A DNA stretch of 32,000 bases, taken from Flavobacteriaceae bacterium (GTDB lineage Bacteria; Bacteroidota; Bacteroidia; Flavobacteriales; Flavobacteriaceae). The first letter of the stretch is position 1; the number at the start of each line of letters is the position of its first letter. A model generated the notes under the pieces. The model was not told where the DNA came from. It was given only the letters and a program-made list of their open reading frames with translations, and did not search any database. The stretch is taken from contig OZ245049.1 of the NCBI GenBank assembly GCA_965224465.1, positions 4,080,001-4,112,000 on the forward strand. Reading direction: 5' to 3'. The position numbers were made by a program, and so were the translations under genes. Shown here piece after piece: positions 18,009 to 26,847 of the stretch.

Positions 18009-19159
18009 TGCTTATCAATAAAGCACAAAGATTAAACGACGTAAAAGAGTATTACTTTTCTAAAAAATTAAGAGAAGTAGCGGCATTAAAATCCGCAGGA
18101 AAACCAATTATTAATATTGCAATTGGGAGTCCGGATTTGGATCCTCCAATTGAAGTTTTAAATGCACTTACGGGGGCATTGGAAGATGACACGGCACATG
18201 AATATAAAAGTTACCAAGGCATTCCTGAGTTTAGAGAGGCTGTTAGTGGTTTTTATAAAAAACACTATCAAGTAAGCGTAGATTCGACAGGAGAAATTTT
18301 GCCTTTGATGGGGTCTAAAGAAGGGATTTTACATATTTCTATGGCATTTTTAAACCGTGGAGATCAGGTATTGATTCCTAACCCAGGCTATCCTACATAT
18401 ACTTCGGTTACCAATTTGGTAGGCGCAAAACCTGTACTGTATGATTTGATAGCAGCGAATGGTTATTATCCAGATTTTGAGGTTTTAGAACAACAAGATT
18501 TGTCAAAGGTAAAAATAATGTGGGTAAATTATCCACAGATGCCGACAGGAGTAAAAGCAACAAAGGAATTGTTTGAGAAACTTATTTCTTTTGGGAAAAA
18601 GCATCAAATTTTAATAGTGAATGATAACCCATATAGCTTTATTTTAAATGATAATCCATTGAGTATTTTGGCTGTAGAAGGAGCAAAAGAAGTAGCATTG
18701 GAGCTCAATTCTTTAAGTAAAACATTTAATATGGCAGGATGGCGTGTCGGAATGTTGTTAGGAGCAAAAGAGTATATTAAAACGGTATTACAGGTAAAAA
18801 GCAATATGGATTCGGGAATGTTTTACGGCATTCAAAAAGGAGCTATTGCAGCCATGGAGCAGCCAGAAAGATGGTTTAAAAATTTGAATGCTGTTTATGC
18901 TTCTAGAAGAAAAATAGTTTGGGAGATATTAGATGTTTTTAACTGTTCTTATGCGAAGGATACCGCAGGATTGTTTGTTTGGGCAAAATTACCTGAAGAC
19001 ATGGATGCAGAAGTTTTTACAGATGAGTTGTTGTACAACAAAGACGTGTTTGTAACTCCAGGGACTGTATTTGGACCTATAGGAAAAGGGTATATCCGTA
19101 TAGCTCTGTGCGAATCGGAAGGCGATTTAAACGAAGTGTTAAACCGAATAAAACGTTAA
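18008..19159 (+). CDS. Class I/II PLP-dependent aminotransferase (aromatic/aspartate or LL-DAP-aminotransferase-like)
   Basis: 383 aa. NPGYPTY and the NSLSKTFNMAGWRVG PLP-lysine motif. The start overlaps the pheA stop (TAATG). Confidence 0.85.
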   Translation: MLINKAQRLNDVKEYYFSKKLREVAALKSAGKPIINIAIGSPDLDPPIEVLNALTGALEDDTAHEYKSYQGIPEFREAVSGFYKKHYQVSVDSTGEILPLMGSKEGILHISMAFLNRGDQVLIPNPGYPTYTSVTNLVGAKPVLYDLIAANGYYPDFEVLEQQDLSKVKIMWVNYPQMPTGVKATKELFEKLISFGKKHQILIVNDNPYSFILNDNPLSILAVEGAKEVALELNSLSKTFNMAGWRVGMLLGAKEYIKTVLQVKSNMDSGMFYGIQKGAIAAMEQPERWFKNLNAVYASRRKIVWEILDVFNCSYAKDTAGLFVWAKLPEDMDAEVFTDELLYNKDVFVTPGTVFGPIGKGYIRIALCESEGDLNEVLNRIKR

Positions 19160-19162
19160 GAA

Positions 19163-20020
19163 ATGGAAAGAATTGTAGTGATAGGTTTGGGGCTTATAGG
19201 AGGTTCTATGGCATTGGATTTGAAAAAACGTTTGCCAGCGGAAATTACAGGTGTCGATATTTCGGATGCACATGCAGAAAAAGCATTAGATTTAGGTGTT
19301 ATAGATAAGATTGGAAAGATAGAGGATGTTGTAAATGCAACGATTGTAATTGTAGCAGTACCTGTCAATTTAACGGTAAAAGTGGTTTCTGAAGTCCTTG
19401 ACTTGATAGGGGAGAAGACCTTGGTTTTTGATGTGGGATCTGTAAAAGAAACTATTTGTGAGAAATTGAGCTCGCATTTAAGAAGAAAGAACTTTGTAGC
19501 AGCGCATCCGATTGCGGGAACTGAGTTTTCTGGTCCTGAAGCAGCAATTTTAGGATTGTTTGATAAAAAGGTGAATATTTTATGTGAAACAGAAAAATCA
19601 GATTGGAGAATTTTGGACAAAGCATTGAGTTTGTTTAAAGTATTGAACATGCGAATTAAAATGATGGGATCTGCAGAACATGATAGACATATTGCTTACG
19701 TATCGCATTTGTCACATGTAAGTTCGTTTATGTTAGGAAAGACTGTTCTAGAAATTGAACGCAATGAAGAACATATTTTTGATATGGCAGGTAGTGGGTT
19801 TGCCTCTACAGTACGTTTAGCAAAGAGTTTACCTTCTACATGGACACCTATTTTTATGGGGAATAAAGAGAATTTACTTGCTTCTTTGGATGGGTTTATT
19901 AAAAATTTAAACGAGTTTAGAGCGATTATAGAACAGGAGGATTCCAATGAATTATCCAAAATAATGAACGATACTAATTATATTAAAACAGTATTGAGTG
20001 GCATTAAAGAAGATGCCTAA
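19163..20020 (+). CDS. tyrA: Prephenate dehydrogenase
   Basis: 285 aa. IGLGLIGGSMAL Rossmann motif, VAAHPIAGTE and HDRHIAYVSHLSH motifs. Starts 3 nt after the aminotransferase stop. Confidence 0.9.
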   Translation: MERIVVIGLGLIGGSMALDLKKRLPAEITGVDISDAHAEKALDLGVIDKIGKIEDVVNATIVIVAVPVNLTVKVVSEVLDLIGEKTLVFDVGSVKETICEKLSSHLRRKNFVAAHPIAGTEFSGPEAAILGLFDKKVNILCETEKSDWRILDKALSLFKVLNMRIKMMGSAEHDRHIAYVSHLSHVSSFMLGKTVLEIERNEEHIFDMAGSGFASTVRLAKSLPSTWTPIFMGNKENLLASLDGFIKNLNEFRAIIEQEDSNELSKIMNDTNYIKTVLSGIKEDA

Positions 20021-20046
20021 TCATAAATAAATAAAATAAATAAAAT

Positions 20047-20100
20047 AATTCCAAATATAGTTCCAAATGACCGTCAAGAAATAGCGTGTTTTTTGTTTTA
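20047..20100 (+). repeat. Partial, diverged left end of the ~160-bp intergenic element
   Basis: AATTCCAAATATAGTTCCAAATGACCGTCAAGAAATAGCGTGTTTTTTGTTTTA aligns by eye with the element's left TIR, first hairpin and T-rich/GTTTTA segment. Confidence 0.5.
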
Positions 20101-20252
20101 AATGAGTTAAAAAATAGAAAGATAATCATAATTATTGCTTTGTTTTAAATGAGGAGAAAACTAAAAAGAAACTGTTTGTTTTGATTTTTTGAAGATATTA
20201 TTGGAGTGTTATAATAAAAATAGGCGATACCGCTTATTGCAATACAAATAAA

Positions 20253-21326
20253 ATGGAAAACAACAAAGAATGTAGACAGTGGTTAGACGCCATGCAATTG
20301 AATCACCCTTTAGTAATAGCAGGTCCTTGTAGTGCAGAGACCGAAGAGCAAGTGATGGAAACAGCTAAGCTATTACAAAAAACAGATACCAATGTGTTTA
20401 GAGCAGGTATTTGGAAACCAAGAACCCGTCCAGGTCAGTTTGAAGGCGTGGGAGAAAAAGGGTTGAAATGGTTGCAACAAGTAAAAGCAGAAACAGGGAT
20501 GATGGTTACTACTGAGGTAGGAAACGCAGACCACGTGGAAAAGGCTTTAAAACACGGTATCGATATATTGTGGATAGGGGCACGTACCACTGTGAATCCA
20601 TTTGTAGTCCAAGAAATAGCTGATGCCTTAAAAGGAGTGGATATTCCTGTATTGGTAAAAAACCCTGTAAACCCAGATTTAGCTTTATGGTTGGGAGCTG
20701 TAGAGCGTATTCAAACAGCAGGTATTACGCAATTAGGAGTAATTCATAGAGGTTTTTCTACATATAATACGGGACATTATCGCAATAAGCCACAATGGAG
20801 CTTGCCGATAGAATTGAAAAAAGAATTTCCAGATTTACCTTTAATTTTAGATCCTTCTCATATTTGTGGACGTAGAGATACCTTATTGGATGTTTCACAA
20901 ACTGGATTGGATTTGAATTTTGATGGATTTATGATCGAAACTCATATAGATCCAGACAATGCATGGAGTGATGCTGCTCAGCAAATTACACCTGCAAGAT
21001 TGAATGAGATCACCAAAGAACTAAGAATTAGACAAAAAAGCAGTAATGCAGAAGAGTTTCAACGAAAATTAACCATGCACCGTCATGAGTTGGATTTATT
21101 GGATGCAAACCTCGTAGAATTATTATCGGACAGAATGGCTGTGTCAAGTCAGATAGGTGTTTTAAAAAGAAATGAAAATGTTTCAATTTTACAAAGCAAC
21201 CGTTGGGCAGATATTTTAAAGACCATGGTGGAGTCAGGTGAAAAATTAGGGTTGACAAAAGATTTTGTAGAAACTATTTTTAAAGCAATCCATGTAGAGT
21301 CTATTAAAATACAACAAAAGAAATAA
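20253..21326 (+). CDS. Bifunctional 3-deoxy-7-phosphoheptulonate (DAHP) synthase (type I-beta) / chorismate mutase (C-terminal AroQ domain)
   Basis: 357 aa. GPCSAE, RAGIWKPRTRPGQFEGVG and LDPSH motifs. The C-terminal ~90 aa (LDLLDANLVELLSDRMAVSSQIGVLK...IFKAIHVESIKIQ) look like AroQ chorismate mutase. Confidence 0.9.
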   Translation: MENNKECRQWLDAMQLNHPLVIAGPCSAETEEQVMETAKLLQKTDTNVFRAGIWKPRTRPGQFEGVGEKGLKWLQQVKAETGMMVTTEVGNADHVEKALKHGIDILWIGARTTVNPFVVQEIADALKGVDIPVLVKNPVNPDLALWLGAVERIQTAGITQLGVIHRGFSTYNTGHYRNKPQWSLPIELKKEFPDLPLILDPSHICGRRDTLLDVSQTGLDLNFDGFMIETHIDPDNAWSDAAQQITPARLNEITKELRIRQKSSNAEEFQRKLTMHRHELDLLDANLVELLSDRMAVSSQIGVLKRNENVSILQSNRWADILKTMVESGEKLGLTKDFVETIFKAIHVESIKIQQKK

Positions 21327-21426
21327 TAAACAGGGAACTTTAGTCCCAATGATTTGTCTTTGTTTCCTATAAGTGACAGCAGATTCAAAAATAACTTGAG
21401 ACAAGATTCACCTTATTGGGTGTATT

Positions 21427-21471
21427 AAAAACAAAAACGACTATTGCTTCTGCAGGGTCGTTTTTGTTTTT
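21427..21471 (+). terminator. Intrinsic terminator after the DAHP synthase-CM gene
   Basis: Perfect 15-nt inverted repeat AAAAACAAAAACGAC (21427-21441) / GTCGTTTTTGTTTTT (21457-21471) with a 15-nt loop. The GC core CGAC/GTCG is followed by a T-rich tail. Confidence 0.7.
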
Positions 21472-21519
21472 ATATCAGATACATTTCCAAATGACGGTTT
21501 AGAAATAGAATTATTTTTT
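21472..21519 (+). repeat. Partial copy of the intergenic element (tail fragment fused to left-end hairpin)
   Basis: TATATCAG + ATACATTTCCAAATGACGGTTTAGAAATAGAATTATTTTTT matches the element's left TIR, hairpin and T-tract. The internal part is absent. Confidence 0.55.
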
Positions 21520-21705
21520 ACAAGATAAAAATTAAAATAGTTGAGCATAACCTTTGTTATGGGAATCTAATTTTACAAGTTGTGTGTTCTATAGACATGC
21601 TTATTGAAGGGAACTGTTCGAAGTCACCAATCACTAATCCGTTACTAATTATTAAATGTCAAAACAATTATACTATCTTTGCGTTGATAAAAAAACAAAT
21701 GTATA

Positions 21706-22644
21706 GTGGAAGGTATTGTTACAAAATCAACAGGGAGTTGGTATTCAGTGAGGACAGAAGAAGGAGTTCCGTATGATTGCCGTATTCCTGGGCGTTTTCG
21801 AATGAAAGGAATTAAAAGCACCAATCCAGTGGCTGTGGGTGATCGGGTTAGTTTTGACTTAGAGGCTGATAAGAAAACAGGTGTTATTCAGGTGATTCAC
21901 GATCGGACTAATTATATTGTGCGAAAATCCGTGAATTTATCCAAGCAGACACATATTATCGCTGCCAATATTGACATGGCTTTTTTATTAGTAACTATTG
22001 ATAATCCTCCTACATCTACAGGGTTTATCGATCGGTTTTTAGCGACAGCAGAGGCGTATTCTATTCCTGTAATTATAGTGTTTAATAAAATGGATATTTA
22101 TACAGCAGCAAATACAGCTCGCAACGAGGAATTGACAGCAATTTATACAAAAATTGGATATAAATGTATAAATGTGTCTGCGACTACAGGGCATAATATT
22201 GAGATCATTAAAACGATCATGAAAGATAAAGTGAGCATGTTTTCGGGGCATTCAGGAGTCGGGAAATCTACCTTGGTAAACGCAGTTGAAAAAGGACTAA
22301 ATCTAAAAACAGGAGAGGTTTCTAAGCAGCATAAACAAGGAATTCACACCACTACTTTTGCCGAAATGTTTAAGCTTTCTTTTGGAGGGTATATAATTGA
22401 TACGCCTGGGATCAAAGGATTTGGGGTGGTCGCCTTTAAAAAAGAGGAGATTGGGGATTATTTCCCAGAAATTTTCAAAATAAAAGGAGGCTGTAAATTC
22501 AATAATTGTATTCATGTAAACGAGCCACATTGTGTAGTGAAAGATGCGGTTGCAACAGATGAGATTTCTGAATCTCGTTATACAAGTTATTTACAATTAC
22601 TAGATGATGAAGATCAACATTACCGTGTAGATATCTATAATTAA
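21706..22644 (+). CDS. rsgA: Ribosome small-subunit-dependent GTPase A
   Basis: 312 aa with a GTG start. N-terminal OB-like GIVTKSTGSWYSV, circularly permuted GTPase (NKMD ... GHSGVGKST) and a C-terminal zinc knuckle CKFNNCIHVNEPHC. TATCTTTG (21674-21681) upstream fits TAnnTTTG. Confidence 0.9.
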   Translation: MEGIVTKSTGSWYSVRTEEGVPYDCRIPGRFRMKGIKSTNPVAVGDRVSFDLEADKKTGVIQVIHDRTNYIVRKSVNLSKQTHIIAANIDMAFLLVTIDNPPTSTGFIDRFLATAEAYSIPVIIVFNKMDIYTAANTARNEELTAIYTKIGYKCINVSATTGHNIEIIKTIMKDKVSMFSGHSGVGKSTLVNAVEKGLNLKTGEVSKQHKQGIHTTTFAEMFKLSFGGYIIDTPGIKGFGVVAFKKEEIGDYFPEIFKIKGGCKFNNCIHVNEPHCVVKDAVATDEISESRYTSYLQLLDDEDQHYRVDIYN

Positions 22645-22679
22645 TCTCTTTTTTTGTTAAATTATTAGTAGTTAAAAAT

Positions 22680-23132
22680 ATGAAAGCAGTTGTACAACGT
22701 GTTCGTAAAGCATCCGTAACAATCAATGATTCTATTGAAAGTTCGATTGGTAATGGGATTTTAATATTGTTAGGAATCGCTCCGGAGGATAGCCTTGAAG
22801 ACATAGATTGGTTGGTGAAAAAAATAAGCAATATGCGTATTTTTGACGATGCGAATGGAGTGATGAATTTATCGGTGATAGATGTTAAAGGTGAAGTTCT
22901 AGTTGTCAGTCAATTTACACTACAGGCAAGTACAAAAAAAGGAAACCGCCCTTCTTATATAAAAGCAGCAAAACCTGATATAGCGATTCCGTTATACGAA
23001 ACTTTTAAGCAGCATTTGACAACAGCGATGGGTCAAGATGTTAAAAGTGGTGTTTTTGGTGCAGACATGGAAGTGTCTTTAGTGAATAATGGTCCTGTAA
23101 CAATCATCATAGATTCTAAGAATAAAATCTAA
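22680..23132 (+). CDS. dtd: D-aminoacyl-tRNA deacylase
   Basis: 150 aa. MKAVVQRV, VSQFTL, KGNRPS, GVFGADM and NNGPVT motifs. Confidence 0.9.
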   Translation: MKAVVQRVRKASVTINDSIESSIGNGILILLGIAPEDSLEDIDWLVKKISNMRIFDDANGVMNLSVIDVKGEVLVVSQFTLQASTKKGNRPSYIKAAKPDIAIPLYETFKQHLTTAMGQDVKSGVFGADMEVSLVNNGPVTIIIDSKNKI

Positions 23133-23147
23133 TTATTTTCTGTAAAT
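23086..23147 (+). repeat. Direct repeat copy 1 (authentic dtd 3' end plus 15 nt past the stop)
   Basis: CAATCATCATAGATTCTAAGAATAAAATCTAATTATTTTCTGTAAAT (23101-23147) recurs at 23263-23309 with 2 mismatches. Looser similarity extends about 15 nt upstream. Confidence 0.8.
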
Positions 23148-23162
23148 GAATAGGGTTCTATA

Positions 23163-23258
23163 ACACCTGCTTTTTTTTAAAAACAAACCCAGTGCCCACA
23201 ATAATCTACAGCGATTTATACAAGCTATTTGTATCGGTTATTTTGGATTGTAATTGGT
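23163..23258 (+). repeat. Internally diverged or deleted copy of the intergenic element (intact right end 23225-23258)
   Basis: Starts with ACACC and ends with CTATTTGTATCGGTTATTTTGGATTGTAATTGGT, nearly identical to the right ends of the copies at 27.7 and 27.9 kb. The middle is not alignable by eye. Confidence 0.5.
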
Positions 23259-23309
23259 CTAACAATCAGCATAGATTCTAAGAATAAAATCTAATTATTT
23301 TTTGTAAAT
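23250..23309 (+). repeat. Direct repeat copy 2 (pseudo 3' end of dtd: ...TISIDSKNKI*)
   Basis: Offset is exactly 162 nt from copy 1. It carries the last 10 dtd codons with one replacement, the stop codon and 15 nt of downstream sequence. Confidence 0.8.
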
Positions 23310-23324
23310 TGCTGAGGTTCAATA

Positions 23325-23484
23325 ATACCAAATACATCTCCATTGACGGTTTAGATATGGAATTATTTTTTGTTTTAGCTAGGCGAAAAGTCTAAGGATA
23401 CCCTTAGCTATCGTTCTGTTTTTTAACAAGGCTAGAACGTAAAATAAACTATTTATATCGGTCATTTTGGAGTGTAATTGGGAT
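23325..23484 (+). repeat. Intergenic element, full copy A (~160 bp)
   Basis: Left end ATACCAAATACATCTCC and right end GGAGTGTAATTGGGAT. Internal GTTTTAGCTAGGCGAAAA...CTAAGGATACCCTTAG...GCTAGAACGTAAAATAAACTATTTATATCGG aligns with copies B, C and D. Confidence 0.8.
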
Positions 23485-23582
23485 AAGTGGTATAAGACCT
23501 ACACTTTTTTATTGAAATACATTTCCTTGTAAGTGTGTTTTCGAGGTTTATTTGAGTAATTATATATTAATTGTTTGTATTT

Positions 23583-23831
23583 ATGAGAAAATATTATTTG
23601 CTAGTTGTATTACTGTTGGCTGTTTTAAGCGTTAATTCACAATCTTCTTATGCTTTTGATGCCATTCCAATTCCTTTATTGAAAAATGCGAATGCCATCA
23701 TTAGAGATCAAAATATTTCTATTCAGATTGTGGCTTTTGATAAAATGAAAATTAAGATCAAAAAGGCGATTACTATTAAAAATAAGTTAGGAGATAGGTA
23801 TAATTCTGTGCGGGTTCACTATAATCAATGC
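23583..23831 (+). pseudogene. N-terminal fragment of a DUF3857/transglutaminase-like/DUF3858-family secreted protein, truncated by an IS insertion
   Basis: Signal peptide MRKYYLLVVLLLAVLSVNSQ. The reading frame ends at a TGA (23832-23834) formed by the first bases of the IS inverted repeat. Confidence 0.75.
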
Positions 23832-24952
23832 TGAATTCAAGTCACAAACGCAACTTTTAGTTAAATAATAATTGTTCCATTACAAATATAGGGTTTTGAT
23901 ATTTATGTCTCTTCCTAGGTCTGTTATTTAATTTTGTTTCTACCTCTTTGATTCTTTGATCTGTTAGGTTTGTAAAGTCACTTCCTTTGGCAAAATATTG
24001 TCTAATCAAACCATTTAAATTTTCGTTAGATCCTCTTTCCCAAGAGTGATATGGATGCGCAAAAAAGTAATCAATACATAAATTTTCTGCAACCTGCTCA
24101 TGGCCTGCAAATTCTTTTCCATTATCAGCTGTTATAGTATGTAGATAAGGCTTCCAGTCTTCTAATATTTCATTGATAGCTTTAGTGACAACAACTGCTT
24201 CTTTAGAGCTTACTTTTTTCATTTTAAGCATTCCAGAAGCTCTATCATTTACGGTAAGTATGGCTTGATTATGGTTTTTACCTATGATTAAATCGACCTC
24301 TAAATCTCCAAATCGATTTCTTTGTTCAACAACTTCAGGGCGTTGTTCTATACTAATACGATTCTTTATAACCCCTCTAGAATCCTTTGATGAGCCACGT
24401 TTTCTATATCTCCTTCCCTGTCTGCGAAGGTGTGTATGTAAATCACCATCATTCCTCTTGTCTTCCCTAATATGCTGATATATACGCTCAATAGACACCG
24501 TTTCTTTACCTTGTTTTTTTAGGACACCAACTACTTGCTCAGGACTATAATCGTCTCGCAATAACAACTCTATTGCTTGTTGAATATCTTCTGTAAAGCG
24601 TTTTCTTTTAGGCTTTTCTTTATGACGTTTAGCATACTTTTTTTGGGCTAATTCATGCTTGTAAACTCCATTTCTTTTGTCTGAATTACGCTTAATCTCT
24701 TTGCTAATAACAGACTTGTCTTTTCCTATAGCAGCTGCTATCTCAACCTGTTTATAACCTTGTTTTAACATGCAACAAATTGTGTATCTTTGCGCTTGGG
24801 TGATGTGTTTCATACAACTTCTTTTTTCGAGATTTGAGACCGTAAGATACATATCCATCAAGACAAGAAAGGTAGGTTTTCCTACTTTTCTGTTTTGAAA
24901 ATATAACCATCATAGAATCAAATCGAAAAGTTGCGTTTATTAGTTGAATTTA
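23832..24952 (-). mobile_element. IS30-family insertion sequence (1121 bp)
   Basis: 27-nt imperfect terminal inverted repeats, 23832-23858 (TGAATTCAAGTCACAAACGCAACTTTT) and 24926-24952, match at 23 of 27 positions by hand. They enclose a single DDE transposase gene. Confidence 0.85.
23857..24813 (-). CDS. IS30-family DDE transposase
   Basis: N-terminal HTH (MKHITQAQRYTICCMLKQGYKQVEIAAAIGKDKSVISKEIKRN). Catalytic region with GDLEVDLI, TADNGKEF and SWERGSNENLNGLIRQY. The ORF is open to 24861, and the start at the MKHIT Met is preferred. Confidence 0.9.
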   Translation of the reverse strand: MKHITQAQRYTICCMLKQGYKQVEIAAAIGKDKSVISKEIKRNSDKRNGVYKHELAQKKYAKRHKEKPKRKRFTEDIQQAIELLLRDDYSPEQVVGVLKKQGKETVSIERIYQHIREDKRNDGDLHTHLRRQGRRYRKRGSSKDSRGVIKNRISIEQRPEVVEQRNRFGDLEVDLIIGKNHNQAILTVNDRASGMLKMKKVSSKEAVVVTKAINEILEDWKPYLHTITADNGKEFAGHEQVAENLCIDYFFAHPYHSWERGSNENLNGLIRQYFAKGSDFTNLTDQRIKEVETKLNNRPRKRHKYQNPIFVMEQLLFN

Positions 24953-26791
24953 AGTAGTAAAGAGGGGGGATTTAAAGTTATTACGGAAGTACATGAAAGG
25001 GTTAAGATTTATAATAAAGAGGGCTATGATTGGGCGACAAAAAAAATACGATATTATACCTCCTCTTCTTCTGATTCTGAGAAAGTAATATTGAAAGGAG
25101 CTAAAACGTACCGATTGGAAGAAGGTAAAGTCAAGGCGTATAAGTTTAAGAAATCAGATGTTTTTCTTGAGAAAGTAAATAAGTATTGGTCTAAAAAAAT
25201 ATTTACCATGCCTAAGTTGACCGAAGGGTGTGTTGTAGAATGGAAATATAAATTAATCTCACCCTATAAATCAATTGATAAATTGAATTTGCAATATGGA
25301 ATACCTGCAAAAAGAGTACAGTGTAAAATTGAGATTCCAGAGTATTATATCTTTGACCTAAAATCCTTAGGGTTTGAAAGGGTTGAAATGAAAAAATATG
25401 TCAAAGCAGGGTCTATTATCCTTACAAGTAAAAGTAGGTCTGGTGGATGGGGAAAGGTTAAAGTCAATTATTCTTCTCAGAATGTTAAATATGATATTAA
25501 TGTGATGGAGGTGAGTAAGGATTTTATGCCTGCTTTAAAAGAGGAATCTTACGTGAATAATATCAATAACTATAGAACTTCAATTAAATATGAATTGTCC
25601 GCAGTCAGTTGGCCAAACGAACCTATAAAATACTTTTCTAAAAACTGGAGTGATGTAGCAAAAACGATACTGAAAAAGAGTGGTTTTGGTGCAGAAATGA
25701 ATAAGAAATCATATTTTAAAAAAGATCTTGAACTATTAAAAAAGGAGGCTAAAAATCAACAAGAACTTCTGAATAGTATTTTTAGTTTTGTGAAAAGCAA
25801 GGTGAAATGGAATGGATATAATGGTTTATATACGGATAAAGGAGTTAAGTCTGCTTATAAAAACGGGACAGGAAATATTGCTGAGATTAATTTAATTTTA
25901 GTTGCAATGCTTCGCGAAGCTGGGATTGCTGCCAATCCAGTATTAGCGAGTACACGTAGTAATGGTGTGCCAGTGTTTCCAACCATAGACGGTTTTAATT
26001 ACGTGTTAGCTGCTGTTGAAAAAGTAGGGAACGTAATCTTATTAGATGCATCGGAGAAGTATAGTGCCCCAAATATCTTGCCTTCTAGAATTTTGAATTG
26101 GAAGGGGCGTATTGTTAGAGAAGATAAAACATCTGATTGGGTGGCACTTATCCCTGTAAAACATTCAAAAAAAGACTGTATTCTAAGTGTTATTATTAAT
26201 GATGATGATGAGATCAACGGTTTTTTAAGAACTAAATATTCGAATAATGCAGCTTTGAAATACAGAAATAATTACAATGCGTTTTCCGATGAAGAACTCC
26301 TAGAGGAAATAGACGAGAAGAATAAAGAGATCGATGTGTCGTTAGCAAACATAAGATTTAAGGAGGATATTCATAAATCCATAGTTGAAACCGTAAAGTT
26401 TAGTTCTGAGGATTTGTTAGAAGAGGTAAACGGAGAAGTGTTTCTAAAGCCGCTGTTGTTTCTAGGAGAAACAACCAATCCTTTTAAAATGGAAAACAGA
26501 GTGTACCCTATAGATTATGGGACTCCTTGGTCAAATAGTTATAAGATTTCTATTAAAATCCCTGAAAATTATAACGTGGTTTCTGTTCCGGAAAGTATAG
26601 AATTACTACTGAAAGATGGGATGGGACATTTTGTAATGTTTATAAAGGAGCAAAAAGGAGGCCTAAGTGTCAAGGCAAGTTTGTCTATCAATACAGGAAT
26701 GATTCCCGCCTCTGATTATGAATTGTTGAAGGTTTTTTATAAAAAAATGTTAAAAAAGATGAACGAGAAGATTGTTTTTAAGAAAATGTAA
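24953..26791 (+). pseudogene. C-terminal portion of the IS-disrupted DUF3857/transglutaminase-like/DUF3858-family protein
   Basis: GTGNIAEINLILVAMLREAGIAANPVLASTRSNG...FNYVLAAVE...ILLDASE is the transglutaminase-like core with the catalytic Cys position substituted. The frame joins that of 23583-23831 once 23832-24952 is removed. Confidence 0.75.
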
Positions 26792-26847
26792 CTTTTTTTA
26801 GTATATTCGACGCTTATACTAACCTTAACTAATACAAACATAAAAAA

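Noticed and set aside
19156-19650. 164-aa ORF on the minus strand, and similar antisense ORFs at 22499-22831, 21028-21388, 19696-19959, 9130-9366 and elsewhere
   Set aside because: They are entirely antisense to CDSs with strong family signatures (tyrA, rsgA/dtd, DAHP synthase, WbpD-like). Their sequences are low-complexity with no motifs. They are typical shadow ORFs of an AT-rich genome.
20021-20046. AAATAAAAT-like microsatellite after tyrA
   Set aside because: It is short low-complexity AT-rich sequence with only about 2-3 imperfect units. That is expected by chance in this composition.
23829-24955. Search for the 2-3 bp target-site duplication expected for IS30-family insertion
   Set aside because: The flanks (..AATGC | IS | AGTAG..) show no direct repeat for any end position within 3 nt of the inferred IR termini. 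No TSD is claimed, and the IS boundaries should be treated as accurate to within about 3 nt.
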